Source: Nitrospirota bacterium (GTDB taxonomy: Bacteria > Nitrospirota > Nitrospiria > Nitrospirales > NS-4). From it: DNA of 64,000 nucleotides. Both the position numbers and the translations under genes were made by a program. The stretch spans positions 85,099 to 149,098 of the forward strand of contig CAWBGA010000004.1 in the NCBI GenBank assembly GCA_963788195.1. The letters are read 5' to 3'. Below the pieces are notes generated by a model. The model had not been told where the DNA came from. It was given only the letters and a program-made list of their open reading frames with translations, and ran no database searches. Shown here in pieces: positions 9,626 to 18,802 of this stretch; position 1 is the stretch's first letter, and each line of letters starts with the position of its first letter.

Positions 9626-10803
9626 TGCGTATCGTGACCGTGATCTTTGTGATGTCTAGCCTGGCCCTGCTGCATACGTACGTCTTCTATCCCTTCGTTC
9701 TGCAACTAATGAGAAAAAAGCAGCATGGCGAACTGCGGGGCCGTTCGGACTTGAATGGCGGGGCTTTGCCTGGAGCGTCGCAGAGTCCGCCGATTGTTTC
9801 GGTCATCATTCCCTTCCACAATGAGGAGCGGTGGGTAGCGCGTAAGCTTGACAATCTTCTCTCATGTGATTATCCGGCGAACCGTCTCCAGGTGATCGCG
9901 GTCTCGGACGGATCGCGAGATATGACGACAAACATTTTGGAACGTTACAAAGATCGGATCCAGGTCATAGCGTATCAGCCTCGCCGTGGTAAGCCTACCG
10001 CCTTAAACCTCGGTGTGGCACACGCACAAGGAGAGATTCTTATCTTCACCGACGCGAATGTCATGCTTGAGCCGAAAGCGATTCGGGCGATGGTCGCACG
10101 ATATGAGGATCCGACTGTAGGCGCAGTCTCCGGCAAGATTGCGCTACAGCCTGACGGCGCCGGCGAACCGCTGGGTGAAGGCATCTACATGCGCTATGAG
10201 CAGTGGCTCTACTCTCTCGAGAGTGAAATCCAAACAATGATCGTGGGCGATGGTGCGTTTTTTTCAGTGCGCAGGGAGTTGTTCACGCCACTTCCGTCTG
10301 ACACCATTACAGATGACTTTGCACTAGCGCTCCAAGTGGTTGGCAAAGGCAGACGGCTGATTTACGAGCCGGCGGCATGCGGGGTGGAGGTGGTGATACC
10401 GAGTGTCAGCGCAGAGTTTGGGCGTAAGGTGCGGATGGTTGCCGGTGGGTATCAGGCTCTGGGACGCTTGCACTACCTGTTGAATCCGTACCGGTTTCCG
10501 TTGGTCGCGTTCCAACTTATTTCCCATAAGCTCCTGCGTTGGTGGGCACCGTTTTTCTTAGTGCCCGTATTCGTAGGCGCGGCTCTCAGGGCCGGAGATC
10601 ATCCTCTTTTCGCCGGGGCCTTGGCCGTGCAGTGTGTCTTTTATGGTCTCGCGGGAGCGGGCTGGAGTAGCGCCCGGCTGAGGCAACTCAGGGTCGTGTA
10701 TCTGCCCTATTATTTTTGCGCGACGAACGTGGCGGCGGTTCAAGGGCTCTGGCGCTTCCTCCACAGGCGCCAAGCCATTACCTGGGAAAGGGTCGGCCGA
10801 TGA
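9625..10803 (+). CDS. GT2 glycosyltransferase with transmembrane helices
   Basis: IIPFHNEE, DGS, GKPTALN, FTDAN, TDDF. Confidence 0.9.
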   Translation: MRIVTVIFVMSSLALLHTYVFYPFVLQLMRKKQHGELRGRSDLNGGALPGASQSPPIVSVIIPFHNEERWVARKLDNLLSCDYPANRLQVIAVSDGSRDMTTNILERYKDRIQVIAYQPRRGKPTALNLGVAHAQGEILIFTDANVMLEPKAIRAMVARYEDPTVGAVSGKIALQPDGAGEPLGEGIYMRYEQWLYSLESEIQTMIVGDGAFFSVRRELFTPLPSDTITDDFALALQVVGKGRRLIYEPAACGVEVVIPSVSAEFGRKVRMVAGGYQALGRLHYLLNPYRFPLVAFQLISHKLLRWWAPFFLVPVFVGAALRAGDHPLFAGALAVQCVFYGLAGAGWSSARLRQLRVVYLPYYFCATNVAAVQGLWRFLHRRQAITWERVGR

Positions 10804-11873
10804 CCGCAAGATCTGGAAATCGGGAGGTACAAACACAATCGGCCAATTGCACTCGAGGTGCTCGCGTCCGTGTATTGTCGAATATACCATCATTCGGCTC
10901 AGTCAATAGCGAATACATTGACAACAACTACCTGGGATCCTACGGAAACGGGCTGAACAGACTAGTCAAGCTCTTTTGGGCAGGGATCCGTTCATATAGG
11001 TATGATGTCATTTTCTTGAACTGCGCCCACATGGAAACACTGATGTTGGGCTTTCTCAAATACTTTCTGCCGTTCAACCGAAGCCAGATCGTTACGGCCG
11101 ACCTTATACTCCGGATACCGACCACGTGGCGGCAACGATGGCTCGTGTTCGTAAAACGTCTCGCCCTTAAACGTGTTCGCGTTTTCATTCTCTACCATCG
11201 GGATTTCAGCGGCTACAGCCAGCTGTATGGAATTGACAAGGACAGAGTTATGTACGTTCCATTTAAAATTAATGCGCTCGAGCTCATCAAGAAGCAGACT
11301 CCCGTTGAAGGTGAATATATTTTTTCTGGCGGTGTCTCGCTCAGAGACTGGAACACCTTGTTGCTCGCTGTGCAAGGATTGGAAATACCCCTGATCATTC
11401 TAACGCCTAGCGCTGAGAAAGACACGGCGCGAGTCTTCACAAAAGAGGTTCATGACAAGGTATGTATCGTTCATGATGATGGGAGTCTGGTGTCCTGGAT
11501 TCGTTATATGGCAGGATGTAAGTTTGTCGTTCTGCCGATCTCATCCGACTCCATTGCCGCGTCTGGCATTAGTACGTATCTGATGGCTATGGCATTGAAA
11601 AAATGCGTCGTCATCACTGAAGGACCGGCCACAAAGGGAATTCTTAACCGAGCGAACAGCATGATCGTTCCGCCGGGTGACCCTGTCGCACTTCGGAAGG
11701 CGATTCAGCGCGTGAGCACAAATCCACAACTCCGGCAAGAGCTGGCAGAAGCAGGGTACGAGTACGCGATGAGCTTAGGTGACACGACACGATTATACGG
11801 GGATTTCATTTCATCCATTCTCAAGATTACGCGTGACCATAACGTGGTGGGAACAAAATGTCTTACGGAGTAA
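10800..11873 (+). CDS. GT-B fold (GT4-like) glycosyltransferase
   Basis: SGGVSLRDW, FVVLP, SGISTYLMAMALKKCVV, VPPGDPVAL; ATG 10800 overlaps the upstream stop (ATGA). Confidence 0.75.
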   Translation: MTARSGNREVQTQSANCTRGARVRVLSNIPSFGSVNSEYIDNNYLGSYGNGLNRLVKLFWAGIRSYRYDVIFLNCAHMETLMLGFLKYFLPFNRSQIVTADLILRIPTTWRQRWLVFVKRLALKRVRVFILYHRDFSGYSQLYGIDKDRVMYVPFKINALELIKKQTPVEGEYIFSGGVSLRDWNTLLLAVQGLEIPLIILTPSAEKDTARVFTKEVHDKVCIVHDDGSLVSWIRYMAGCKFVVLPISSDSIAASGISTYLMAMALKKCVVITEGPATKGILNRANSMIVPPGDPVALRKAIQRVSTNPQLRQELAEAGYEYAMSLGDTTRLYGDFISSILKITRDHNVVGTKCLTE

Positions 11874-12574
11874 CGGTTCTAAAAAGTTGGAGTGAAGTAG
11901 GCAGCGCGATTCATGCACTGGCAGAGCTCGGCCACCGTCCTCATCACAATGCAGTGAAGAGCTGGGATCTTTGGCTTATCAGAGAAATGGTGAAAGACCT
12001 CAACCGAGACGAGTTAGTTGTTGACCTTGGCGCGGCTGTGCTCGGCGGCGTGAGACTACTGCACGAAATGGGGTTCCGCAAGATAATCGGATACGACTTC
12101 GGATTCTCCATCTTTGACCGCATGCTCCAGGTGCGCGATTGGTTGGGCCACATGATACGCGTGCGTCATCCGGCCGGGTTGCCTTACCGGCTCCATCAAC
12201 GGGATCTGCTGAGGACTCGTCTGCCAAGCGGCGGCGTCGGGGCTGTTGTCTGCCTTTCTGTTGTAGAGCATGGCGTAGATCTAGATCGATTTTTCGCGGA
12301 GGTGGCGCGTCTCCTGAAGCCAGGGGGGCGGCTTTATATATCGACCGATTACTGGGAACCAAAGATTGACACCAATGGGCGCAAGATGTTCGGCCAACCA
12401 TGGACAATCTTTTGTGCTAACGAAATACAATCCATGATCGAGTGTGGGAGGAAGTACGGTCTGATTGTCGAACCCGGGAAACCTGAAAATCTACAATGTC
12501 ACGAGGCCGTCGTACATGATGGCCGTCACGCCTACACCTTTGCAGCCGTTTGGTTTAGTAAGAAGGAGGAATAA
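11858..12574 (+). CDS. Class I SAM-dependent methyltransferase
   Basis: VVDLGA, CLSVVEHG, RLLKPGG, STDYW. Confidence 0.8.
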   Translation: MSYGVTVLKSWSEVGSAIHALAELGHRPHHNAVKSWDLWLIREMVKDLNRDELVVDLGAAVLGGVRLLHEMGFRKIIGYDFGFSIFDRMLQVRDWLGHMIRVRHPAGLPYRLHQRDLLRTRLPSGGVGAVVCLSVVEHGVDLDRFFAEVARLLKPGGRLYISTDYWEPKIDTNGRKMFGQPWTIFCANEIQSMIECGRKYGLIVEPGKPENLQCHEAVVHDGRHAYTFAAVWFSKKEE

Positions 12575-12738
12575 TCTCTGCAGGCGCTGTTGAAAGCACA
12601 CGATCATCGAATCGTCAGCCGGGTGTACCTGACTGATACGACATCCTTCTCAAGCGCAGAGACTGTTTTGGACTTTCGTATGGTTAGTCACATTGCGAAT
12701 AGTCTCTGTTCTGTTGTGAAACCAGGTGGGCTTAAGGC

Positions 12739-13890
12739 GTGAGCGCAACAGTGCTTCAAAGACAGCTCGCCGGAGTAGCTAGAGAACGTGCGGAACCGAT
12801 CAAGCTGGCGCATGCCGTCTATGCCCTTTGTATGGGAGGGTCAGAAGCGCTGGCGAGGCAGATCACCGGCAAGCTCAATGGGAACGGCCTGTACCGATGT
12901 TCGATCTATGCCGTCGACCACGGGGGGCCGATGGCGGAGATTCTAACTGCCGAGGGCATTCCGTATCATGTCTTTTCACGAAGCGGTAAGCTGGACTTAG
13001 GCTTGATCGGAAAGTTGACCGCTAGACTGAGAAAAGAACGGGTTCAGATCGTCCATACTCACCACCTGAACCAGTTGTTGTACGCCGGCATTGCAGGGCG
13101 CCTGGCGGGAGCCAGGGTGATTCATACAGAACACGAATTCTACTTGTTGAGCCGGCGCCGGGCACGACGTCTACTGCGCGTGCTGTCAAAGGTGGCGGAC
13201 CGCGTCACGGCTGTCGCTGAGCCCGTCACTGAATTTTTGCGAACCGAAGTCGGGATTCCCCCCTCGAAGCTCACGACTATCCCGAATGGAGTCGATATCG
13301 GCCGCTTCCAATCGGCACGCCGGATCGACCGTTCTGTTTGGGGATGGAGTAACGAAGATGTTGTCATTGGATGTGTAGCAAGGTTGGAACCGGAAAAGGG
13401 GCATGCCGTTTTATTTGACGCCTTTCAGTCGGTCCATGCCAAGTACCCGCGCGCCCGTCTGTTGCTCGTGGGAGACGGTAGCGAAGGGGATCAATTGATG
13501 GCCAAGGCCCGAGGGCTTGGACTGCACGGGGCAATCCAATTCCTTGGAATCCGGCACGATATTCCTGAGGTATTGGCAACGTGCGATGTCATCACGTTGC
13601 CGTCGTCTCGGGAAGGATTGCCGATGGTCCTGTTAGAGGCTATGGCAGCCCGAAAGCCGGTCGTAGCGACGAGGGTCGGTAGCGTGCCCGACGTTGTGAC
13701 CGATGGCGAGTCAGGCTTCTTGCTATCAAGTGGCGATACCCATGCATTAGCCGGTGCCCTCTGCGTCTTGGTCCAGGACTCCAATAAACGAAACGTTCTC
13801 GCCGACGAAGGGTACAAGATTGTAGAAAGGCGGTTTAATTTCGCGCGAACATTGCAGATGTATCAGGAAGTATATGCCAGGGTACTTTAA
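12739..13890 (+). CDS. GT4 glycosyltransferase
   Basis: GGSE, HTEH, IPNGVD, EKGH, EGLPMVLLEAMA. Confidence 0.9.
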   Translation: MSATVLQRQLAGVARERAEPIKLAHAVYALCMGGSEALARQITGKLNGNGLYRCSIYAVDHGGPMAEILTAEGIPYHVFSRSGKLDLGLIGKLTARLRKERVQIVHTHHLNQLLYAGIAGRLAGARVIHTEHEFYLLSRRRARRLLRVLSKVADRVTAVAEPVTEFLRTEVGIPPSKLTTIPNGVDIGRFQSARRIDRSVWGWSNEDVVIGCVARLEPEKGHAVLFDAFQSVHAKYPRARLLLVGDGSEGDQLMAKARGLGLHGAIQFLGIRHDIPEVLATCDVITLPSSREGLPMVLLEAMAARKPVVATRVGSVPDVVTDGESGFLLSSGDTHALAGALCVLVQDSNKRNVLADEGYKIVERRFNFARTLQMYQEVYARVL

Positions 13891-14047
13891 AGGGGTTGAA
13901 ACCATGTGGTCATTCACAGATTATCGATGGAGTTCTCGCGGCCGGCGTTACGTTATTATGCCCCTGCTCCGCCTTCCCTTTCTTGCATAGGTAAGAAAGG
14001 GTGAAAGTGAACTTTGTTTACCATTGTGATTGATTTATAAATCGACG

Positions 14048-15925
14048 TTGTGCGGCATTGCGGGCATGTTATCCCTCACAGGTCGTCCCCTCGAGCGGCA
14101 TGAGCTTGTCCGGTCCATGTGTGACCGGTTGATTCACCGCGGTCCCGACGAGGAAGGCTATTATCTCAATCCATCCCGGACCCTTTGCCTGGGGCACCGA
14201 CGTCTCCGTATCATCGATCTAGCAACTGGACGACAACCTATCGCCAATGAGGACGGCTCCGTGACCGTCACCTTTAACGGCGAAATCTACGGATTTCAAC
14301 CGATACGCGAATCTCTGCAATCACGGGGGCATCACTTTCAGACGCACACCGATACGGAAGTTATTGTCCATTTGTATGAGGAACAGGGTATCGACTGTTT
14401 GGCAGAGCTGAAAGGCATGTTCGCGTTCGCTCTATGGGACGAACGAGGCGAGACGCTCTATTTAGCGCGCGATCGGATGGGCAAAAAGCCCCTCTACTAT
14501 ACGATGCAACAAGGGATCTTGTTCTTTGCTTCGGAGCTTCATGCACTCCTGGCGGTGCCTGGTCTGTCCCGCGAGATTGATGATGTCGCGCTTGATCAAT
14601 ATCTGACCCTTGGCTATGTCCCAGCTCCCCGGACCATCTATCAGCACATCAAGAAGCTTGTAGCTGGAGAATACGTCAGAGTCCATTCCGGGAATCTCCA
14701 GCAGACGCAATATTGGGAACTTCACAGTATGGTGCAAGGCACTCATTCCGACAAGTTCCGCCCTGAGGAGGCCATGGAGGAACTGGTGCGCCGGTTCAGG
14801 GACGCCACGGCACTCCGCATGATCAGCGATGTCCCGCTTGGCTGTTTTTTGAGCGGCGGCGTGGACTCCAGTACCGTCCTGGCTTTCATGGCAGAACTGT
14901 CACCTCGCCCTGTCCAGACGTTTTCGATCGGTTTCCCCGAAGAGAGTTATAGCGAGCTCAAGTACGCCCGAATGATGGCGGAGCACTTTGGCACGGATCA
15001 TCATGAATACGTGCTCATGCCCGATGGGGCGAGCATTTTGGATGAATTGGTGCGGCATGTTGGGGAGCCTCTGGCGGATTCGTCCGCATTGCCGACATGG
15101 TACTTGGCGCAACTGACGAAAAAGTCGGTCACGGTCGCTTTAACGGGCGATGGGGGCGATGAACTATTCGGAGGGTACCGCTGGTATCAGACGGTACGTG
15201 CTCTGGAGGCTCTCGCGCATGTTCCGCAGTGGCTGGTGCGTATGGGAACGCATCTTGAAAACAGTTCACTGCCATGGCTTGGTCCGGTAGGCAAAGCCGC
15301 AGCTTTGCTGGAGGCCTCTGGCGGAGTACGCCATGCAACATTGCGTCAGGTAATAAGTCCCAAGGTCAAAGGCGCTCTCTATTCAGACGCCTTTGTTTCC
15401 CGAACACGTAATAGGGCGCTGGAATGGTTGGGTAGCAGATATGATCAGATCCAAGCCGACGATCCGCTGAATCACGCCATGGCGGCAGATCTTGTCACCT
15501 ACTTAGCCGAGGACCTCCTTGTAAAGGTCGATCGCACTTCTATGGCTCATGCTCTGGAATGCCGGTCCCCTTTTTTAGATACCGACCTGGTGGAGTGGGT
15601 GTTCAGCCTGCCCTCCGCGGTTAAGCTGTCGTCCCGCGGGAGTAAATGGTTACTGCGTGAAGCAGTCCACGATCGTTTTCCGCAAGGGTTTCTTGATCGT
15701 CGGAAGCAAGCCTTCGATGTGCCGTTAGAAAAATGGTTCCGAAACGATCTTCGCACACTTGTGAAGGACCGCGTGCTGCATGGCCCGCTGGCAGCGCTTG
15801 ACGTCTTTGATGCGTCGGGTTTGAAGCAGGTGATAGAAGAACATTTTACGGGACAGGCTAACTACGAGAACATCGTCTGGTCGCTGCTGGTGCTTGCGAC
15901 CTGGCTGGAAGGTGCAACATCATGA
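14048..15925 (+). CDS. asnB: Asparagine synthase (glutamine-hydrolysing)-family amidotransferase, EPS-associated
   Basis: TTG 14048 gives MCGIAG with the N-terminal nucleophile Cys; HRGPD, RL, FNGEIY, LSGGVDSS, GDGGDELFGGY. Confidence 0.92.
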   Translation: MCGIAGMLSLTGRPLERHELVRSMCDRLIHRGPDEEGYYLNPSRTLCLGHRRLRIIDLATGRQPIANEDGSVTVTFNGEIYGFQPIRESLQSRGHHFQTHTDTEVIVHLYEEQGIDCLAELKGMFAFALWDERGETLYLARDRMGKKPLYYTMQQGILFFASELHALLAVPGLSREIDDVALDQYLTLGYVPAPRTIYQHIKKLVAGEYVRVHSGNLQQTQYWELHSMVQGTHSDKFRPEEAMEELVRRFRDATALRMISDVPLGCFLSGGVDSSTVLAFMAELSPRPVQTFSIGFPEESYSELKYARMMAEHFGTDHHEYVLMPDGASILDELVRHVGEPLADSSALPTWYLAQLTKKSVTVALTGDGGDELFGGYRWYQTVRALEALAHVPQWLVRMGTHLENSSLPWLGPVGKAAALLEASGGVRHATLRQVISPKVKGALYSDAFVSRTRNRALEWLGSRYDQIQADDPLNHAMAADLVTYLAEDLLVKVDRTSMAHALECRSPFLDTDLVEWVFSLPSAVKLSSRGSKWLLREAVHDRFPQGFLDRRKQAFDVPLEKWFRNDLRTLVKDRVLHGPLAALDVFDASGLKQVIEEHFTGQANYENIVWSLLVLATWLEGATS

Positions 15926-16851
15926 CAAAGATAGTCGCTGCTATACTTGTTTGTCTGTCATCGACGGCCGTTGCCTGCGCGCAGACACCAACGGATTTCA
16001 AGGCCACATGGAAGACCAACATGCTGTCCTATGGCGAGCGTTACTGCCAGTCCAACGATCCGCAATATGATCCGATTCGGGTCTACTACCAGATCGCTGC
16101 GTACACCGGGGACCCCAAGTGGGAACGGTGTGCAGAGGCACAGGTTAAGACCTATAGGGATGGTTATCTCATTCCCAACAATTATGGCATACCGGGATAC
16201 TGGGTTTACCCGCATGGTCTCTACATGCACTACCAGAGGACCCATGACGAGAAATCGAAGAACGCCCTGTTAGGGCTGGCGCAAAAGCCGGCATTTGGCT
16301 ACGCCCCGCTGGAGTGGACAGCAGATTCGGGCTTGAGCCGGGAGGTAGCCTATAATCTTCAAGCCAAGCTGCTGGCCGTAGAATTTGGATATAAGGACGA
16401 GAAACGCATCAAGGAATTAGTAGACCAGGCGCTCGGCCATTACGACCAGTGGTTTGTCAGCAAAACGGCACCCTTCCTACAGCCCTTCATGGCAGCCCTC
16501 ACCGCTGAAGCGCTGATTATGTGGTACGACAAGACGAAGGACCCGCGAGTGCTACCGGCCTTGAAGACAGGTGCGGATTGGATGTGGGAGCACGTATGGT
16601 TGCCAAAACAGGGCGCATTCATACTTATTACTACCGATGACAAGGCCGTTGCTCCCGATCTGAATCTTTTGATCGCGCCACTCTACGGATGGGTTTATAA
16701 AATGACTGGAGATCCGAAGTATCGCACCATAGGGGATCAGATCTTCGAGAATGGAATCACCCGAGGTTATCTGGAAACACAGAAACACTTTAATCAAAAT
16801 TATCGTTGGAGCTTTAACTATTTGATTTGGCGGGAGGCTGCCGCCAAATGA
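15922..16851 (+). CDS. Secreted protein of unknown function, aromatic-rich, possibly an (alpha/alpha) toroid
   Basis: Signal peptide MTKIVAAILVCLSSTAVACA; repeated TGDPKW/TKDPRV/TGDPKY turns. Confidence 0.6.
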   Translation: MTKIVAAILVCLSSTAVACAQTPTDFKATWKTNMLSYGERYCQSNDPQYDPIRVYYQIAAYTGDPKWERCAEAQVKTYRDGYLIPNNYGIPGYWVYPHGLYMHYQRTHDEKSKNALLGLAQKPAFGYAPLEWTADSGLSREVAYNLQAKLLAVEFGYKDEKRIKELVDQALGHYDQWFVSKTAPFLQPFMAALTAEALIMWYDKTKDPRVLPALKTGADWMWEHVWLPKQGAFILITTDDKAVAPDLNLLIAPLYGWVYKMTGDPKYRTIGDQIFENGITRGYLETQKHFNQNYRWSFNYLIWREAAAK

Positions 16852-16897
16852 AGGCTTTATCTTGGAGCATTATTCCTCGGTGGTAGATTACACGGCC

Positions 16898-18082
16898 ATG
16901 GCCGCCCCTAGCATACAGGCGCCGGAGACAACGTTATTGGAGCTCTCCATCGTGATGCCTTGCCTTAATGAGGCGGAAACCCTCGCAACATGTATTGAAA
17001 AAGCACGGACTTCTCTGCGAAACCTTCAGATCGTCGGGGAAATCATTATTGCCGATAATGGAAGCACCGATGGTTCTCAAGAAATTGCGGCTCGCATGGG
17101 CGCCCGCATTGTCCATGTGGAGGCCAAAGGGTACGGCAATGCTCTGATGGAGGGGATCGCGGCTGCGCGCGGCAAGTACATAATCATGGGAGACGCCGAC
17201 GACAGCTACGATTTTGCTGACCTGGAGCCTTTTATCGAGAAATTACGAGAAGGGTATGACCTTGTAATGGGGAATCGGTTCGCAGGCGGTATCAAGCCGC
17301 GCGCGATGCCGCCTTTGCACAAATATTTTGGAAACCCTGTGTTGACCGGGATCGCGCGGGTCATGTTCTGGCACCCTCCATGCGGCGATTTTCATTGCGG
17401 CCTGCGCGGATTCAATAAAGCCTCAGTGCTGCGAATGGACCTGCGGACCACAGGGATGGAGTTCGCGAGCGAGATGATCGTCAAAGCCGTCCTCCAGAAG
17501 ATGCGCATCACCGAAGTGCCCACGGTGCTCTCACCAGATGGTCGTACCCGGCCTCCGCACTTGCGTAGTTGGCGAGATGGGTGGCGGCACCTTCGATTTT
17601 TGCTGCTGTACAGTCCGCGCTGGCTTTTTCTGTATCCTGGCCTGTTGTTGATGATCGTGGGCGGCCTTGTCGGAGGGTGGCTATTGGTAGGTCCGAAAGT
17701 GATCGGGCGGACAACTCTGGATGTGCATACATTGTTGTATGCCGCCTTGGCGATCGTGGTTGGTTTTCAGGCAATCGTCTTCGCGGTCTTCACCAAAATA
17801 TTTGCAGTAAACGAGAGATTGCTCCCTGAAGACCCGCGCATGACCAGAATGTTTCACTATATCACTCTTGAAGTGGGATTAATCATAGGAAGTGTGCTGC
17901 TTCTGTTTGGTTTTGCCGGCTCACTGTACGCATTCGGTTATTGGAGCACCCAGTCTTTCGGCCCGCTGGATCCTTCCAAGAGCTTGCGAATCGTCATTCC
18001 GGCCGTCACCGCAATTACTCTGGGCTTTCAGATAATTTTCTCGAGTTTTTTCCTGAGCGTATTAGGCATGAAACGGCGGTAA
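16898..18082 (+). CDS. GT2 polyprenol-phosphate glycosyltransferase (DPM/GtrB-like) with C-terminal TM helices
   Basis: MPCLNEA, DNGSTDGS, GYGNA, GDADDSYD, DFHCGLR, DGWRHL. Confidence 0.88.
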   Translation: MAAPSIQAPETTLLELSIVMPCLNEAETLATCIEKARTSLRNLQIVGEIIIADNGSTDGSQEIAARMGARIVHVEAKGYGNALMEGIAAARGKYIIMGDADDSYDFADLEPFIEKLREGYDLVMGNRFAGGIKPRAMPPLHKYFGNPVLTGIARVMFWHPPCGDFHCGLRGFNKASVLRMDLRTTGMEFASEMIVKAVLQKMRITEVPTVLSPDGRTRPPHLRSWRDGWRHLRFLLLYSPRWLFLYPGLLLMIVGGLVGGWLLVGPKVIGRTTLDVHTLLYAALAIVVGFQAIVFAVFTKIFAVNERLLPEDPRMTRMFHYITLEVGLIIGSVLLLFGFAGSLYAFGYWSTQSFGPLDPSKSLRIVIPAVTAITLGFQIIFSSFFLSVLGMKRR

Positions 18083-18091
18083 GGACAAACC

Positions 18092-18772
18092 ATGGAATTT
18101 GACCGGTACGCGGAGGATTATGATTTAGCTCTTGCTCAGGGAATTTCCATCTCTGGGGAAGATAAGGACTATTTCGCCCGCGGCCGCATCGGTTGGTTGT
18201 CTCGGTGTCTGAAGGATCGGCAAGAGCGGCCTCAATCCATTATGGATTTTGGCTGTGGCACAGGGTCTTCTACGGTTTGTTTTCTCGAACTCCTGGGTGC
18301 CGCGTCGGTCATTGGCGTGGACACCTCGGAAAAGTCGCTCGAAGTGGCCAAACGGACGCACGGCTCCGAGCACGCGCAGTTCTTCTCACGCGATCATTAC
18401 GCGCCGAACGAAGAAATCGATTTGGCCTTTTGTAATGGCGTCTTTCATCATATCCCTGTTGTGGACCGCGGGACGGCCCTTGCCTATATCCATCGCTCAT
18501 TACGTCCCGGCGGACTTTTCGCCTTGTGGGAGAACAATCCTTGGAACCCAGGCACCCGCTACGTCATGAGCCGATGTCCATTTGATGACGACGCCATTAC
18601 TCTGACCGCTTCCGAAACGCGACGCCTCTTACGAAGCGCGAAGTTTGAGATCCTGCGCACGGATTTCCTGTTCATCTTTCCCCGGATGCTGTCTTGGTGT
18701 CGGGGCATCGAGCCGCTGCTTTCGCGTCTGGCGCTCGGGGCGCAATACCAGGTCCTTTGCCGAAAACGATGA
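18092..18772 (+). CDS. Class I SAM-dependent methyltransferase
   Basis: MDFGCGTG, GVDTS, VFHHI, LRPGG, ENNPWNP. Confidence 0.88.
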   Translation: MEFDRYAEDYDLALAQGISISGEDKDYFARGRIGWLSRCLKDRQERPQSIMDFGCGTGSSTVCFLELLGAASVIGVDTSEKSLEVAKRTHGSEHAQFFSRDHYAPNEEIDLAFCNGVFHHIPVVDRGTALAYIHRSLRPGGLFALWENNPWNPGTRYVMSRCPFDDDAITLTASETRRLLRSAKFEILRTDFLFIFPRMLSWCRGIEPLLSRLALGAQYQVLCRKR

Positions 18773-18802
18773 AATGAGTGTGATGCACTGTAGGGCTATG
18801 GC

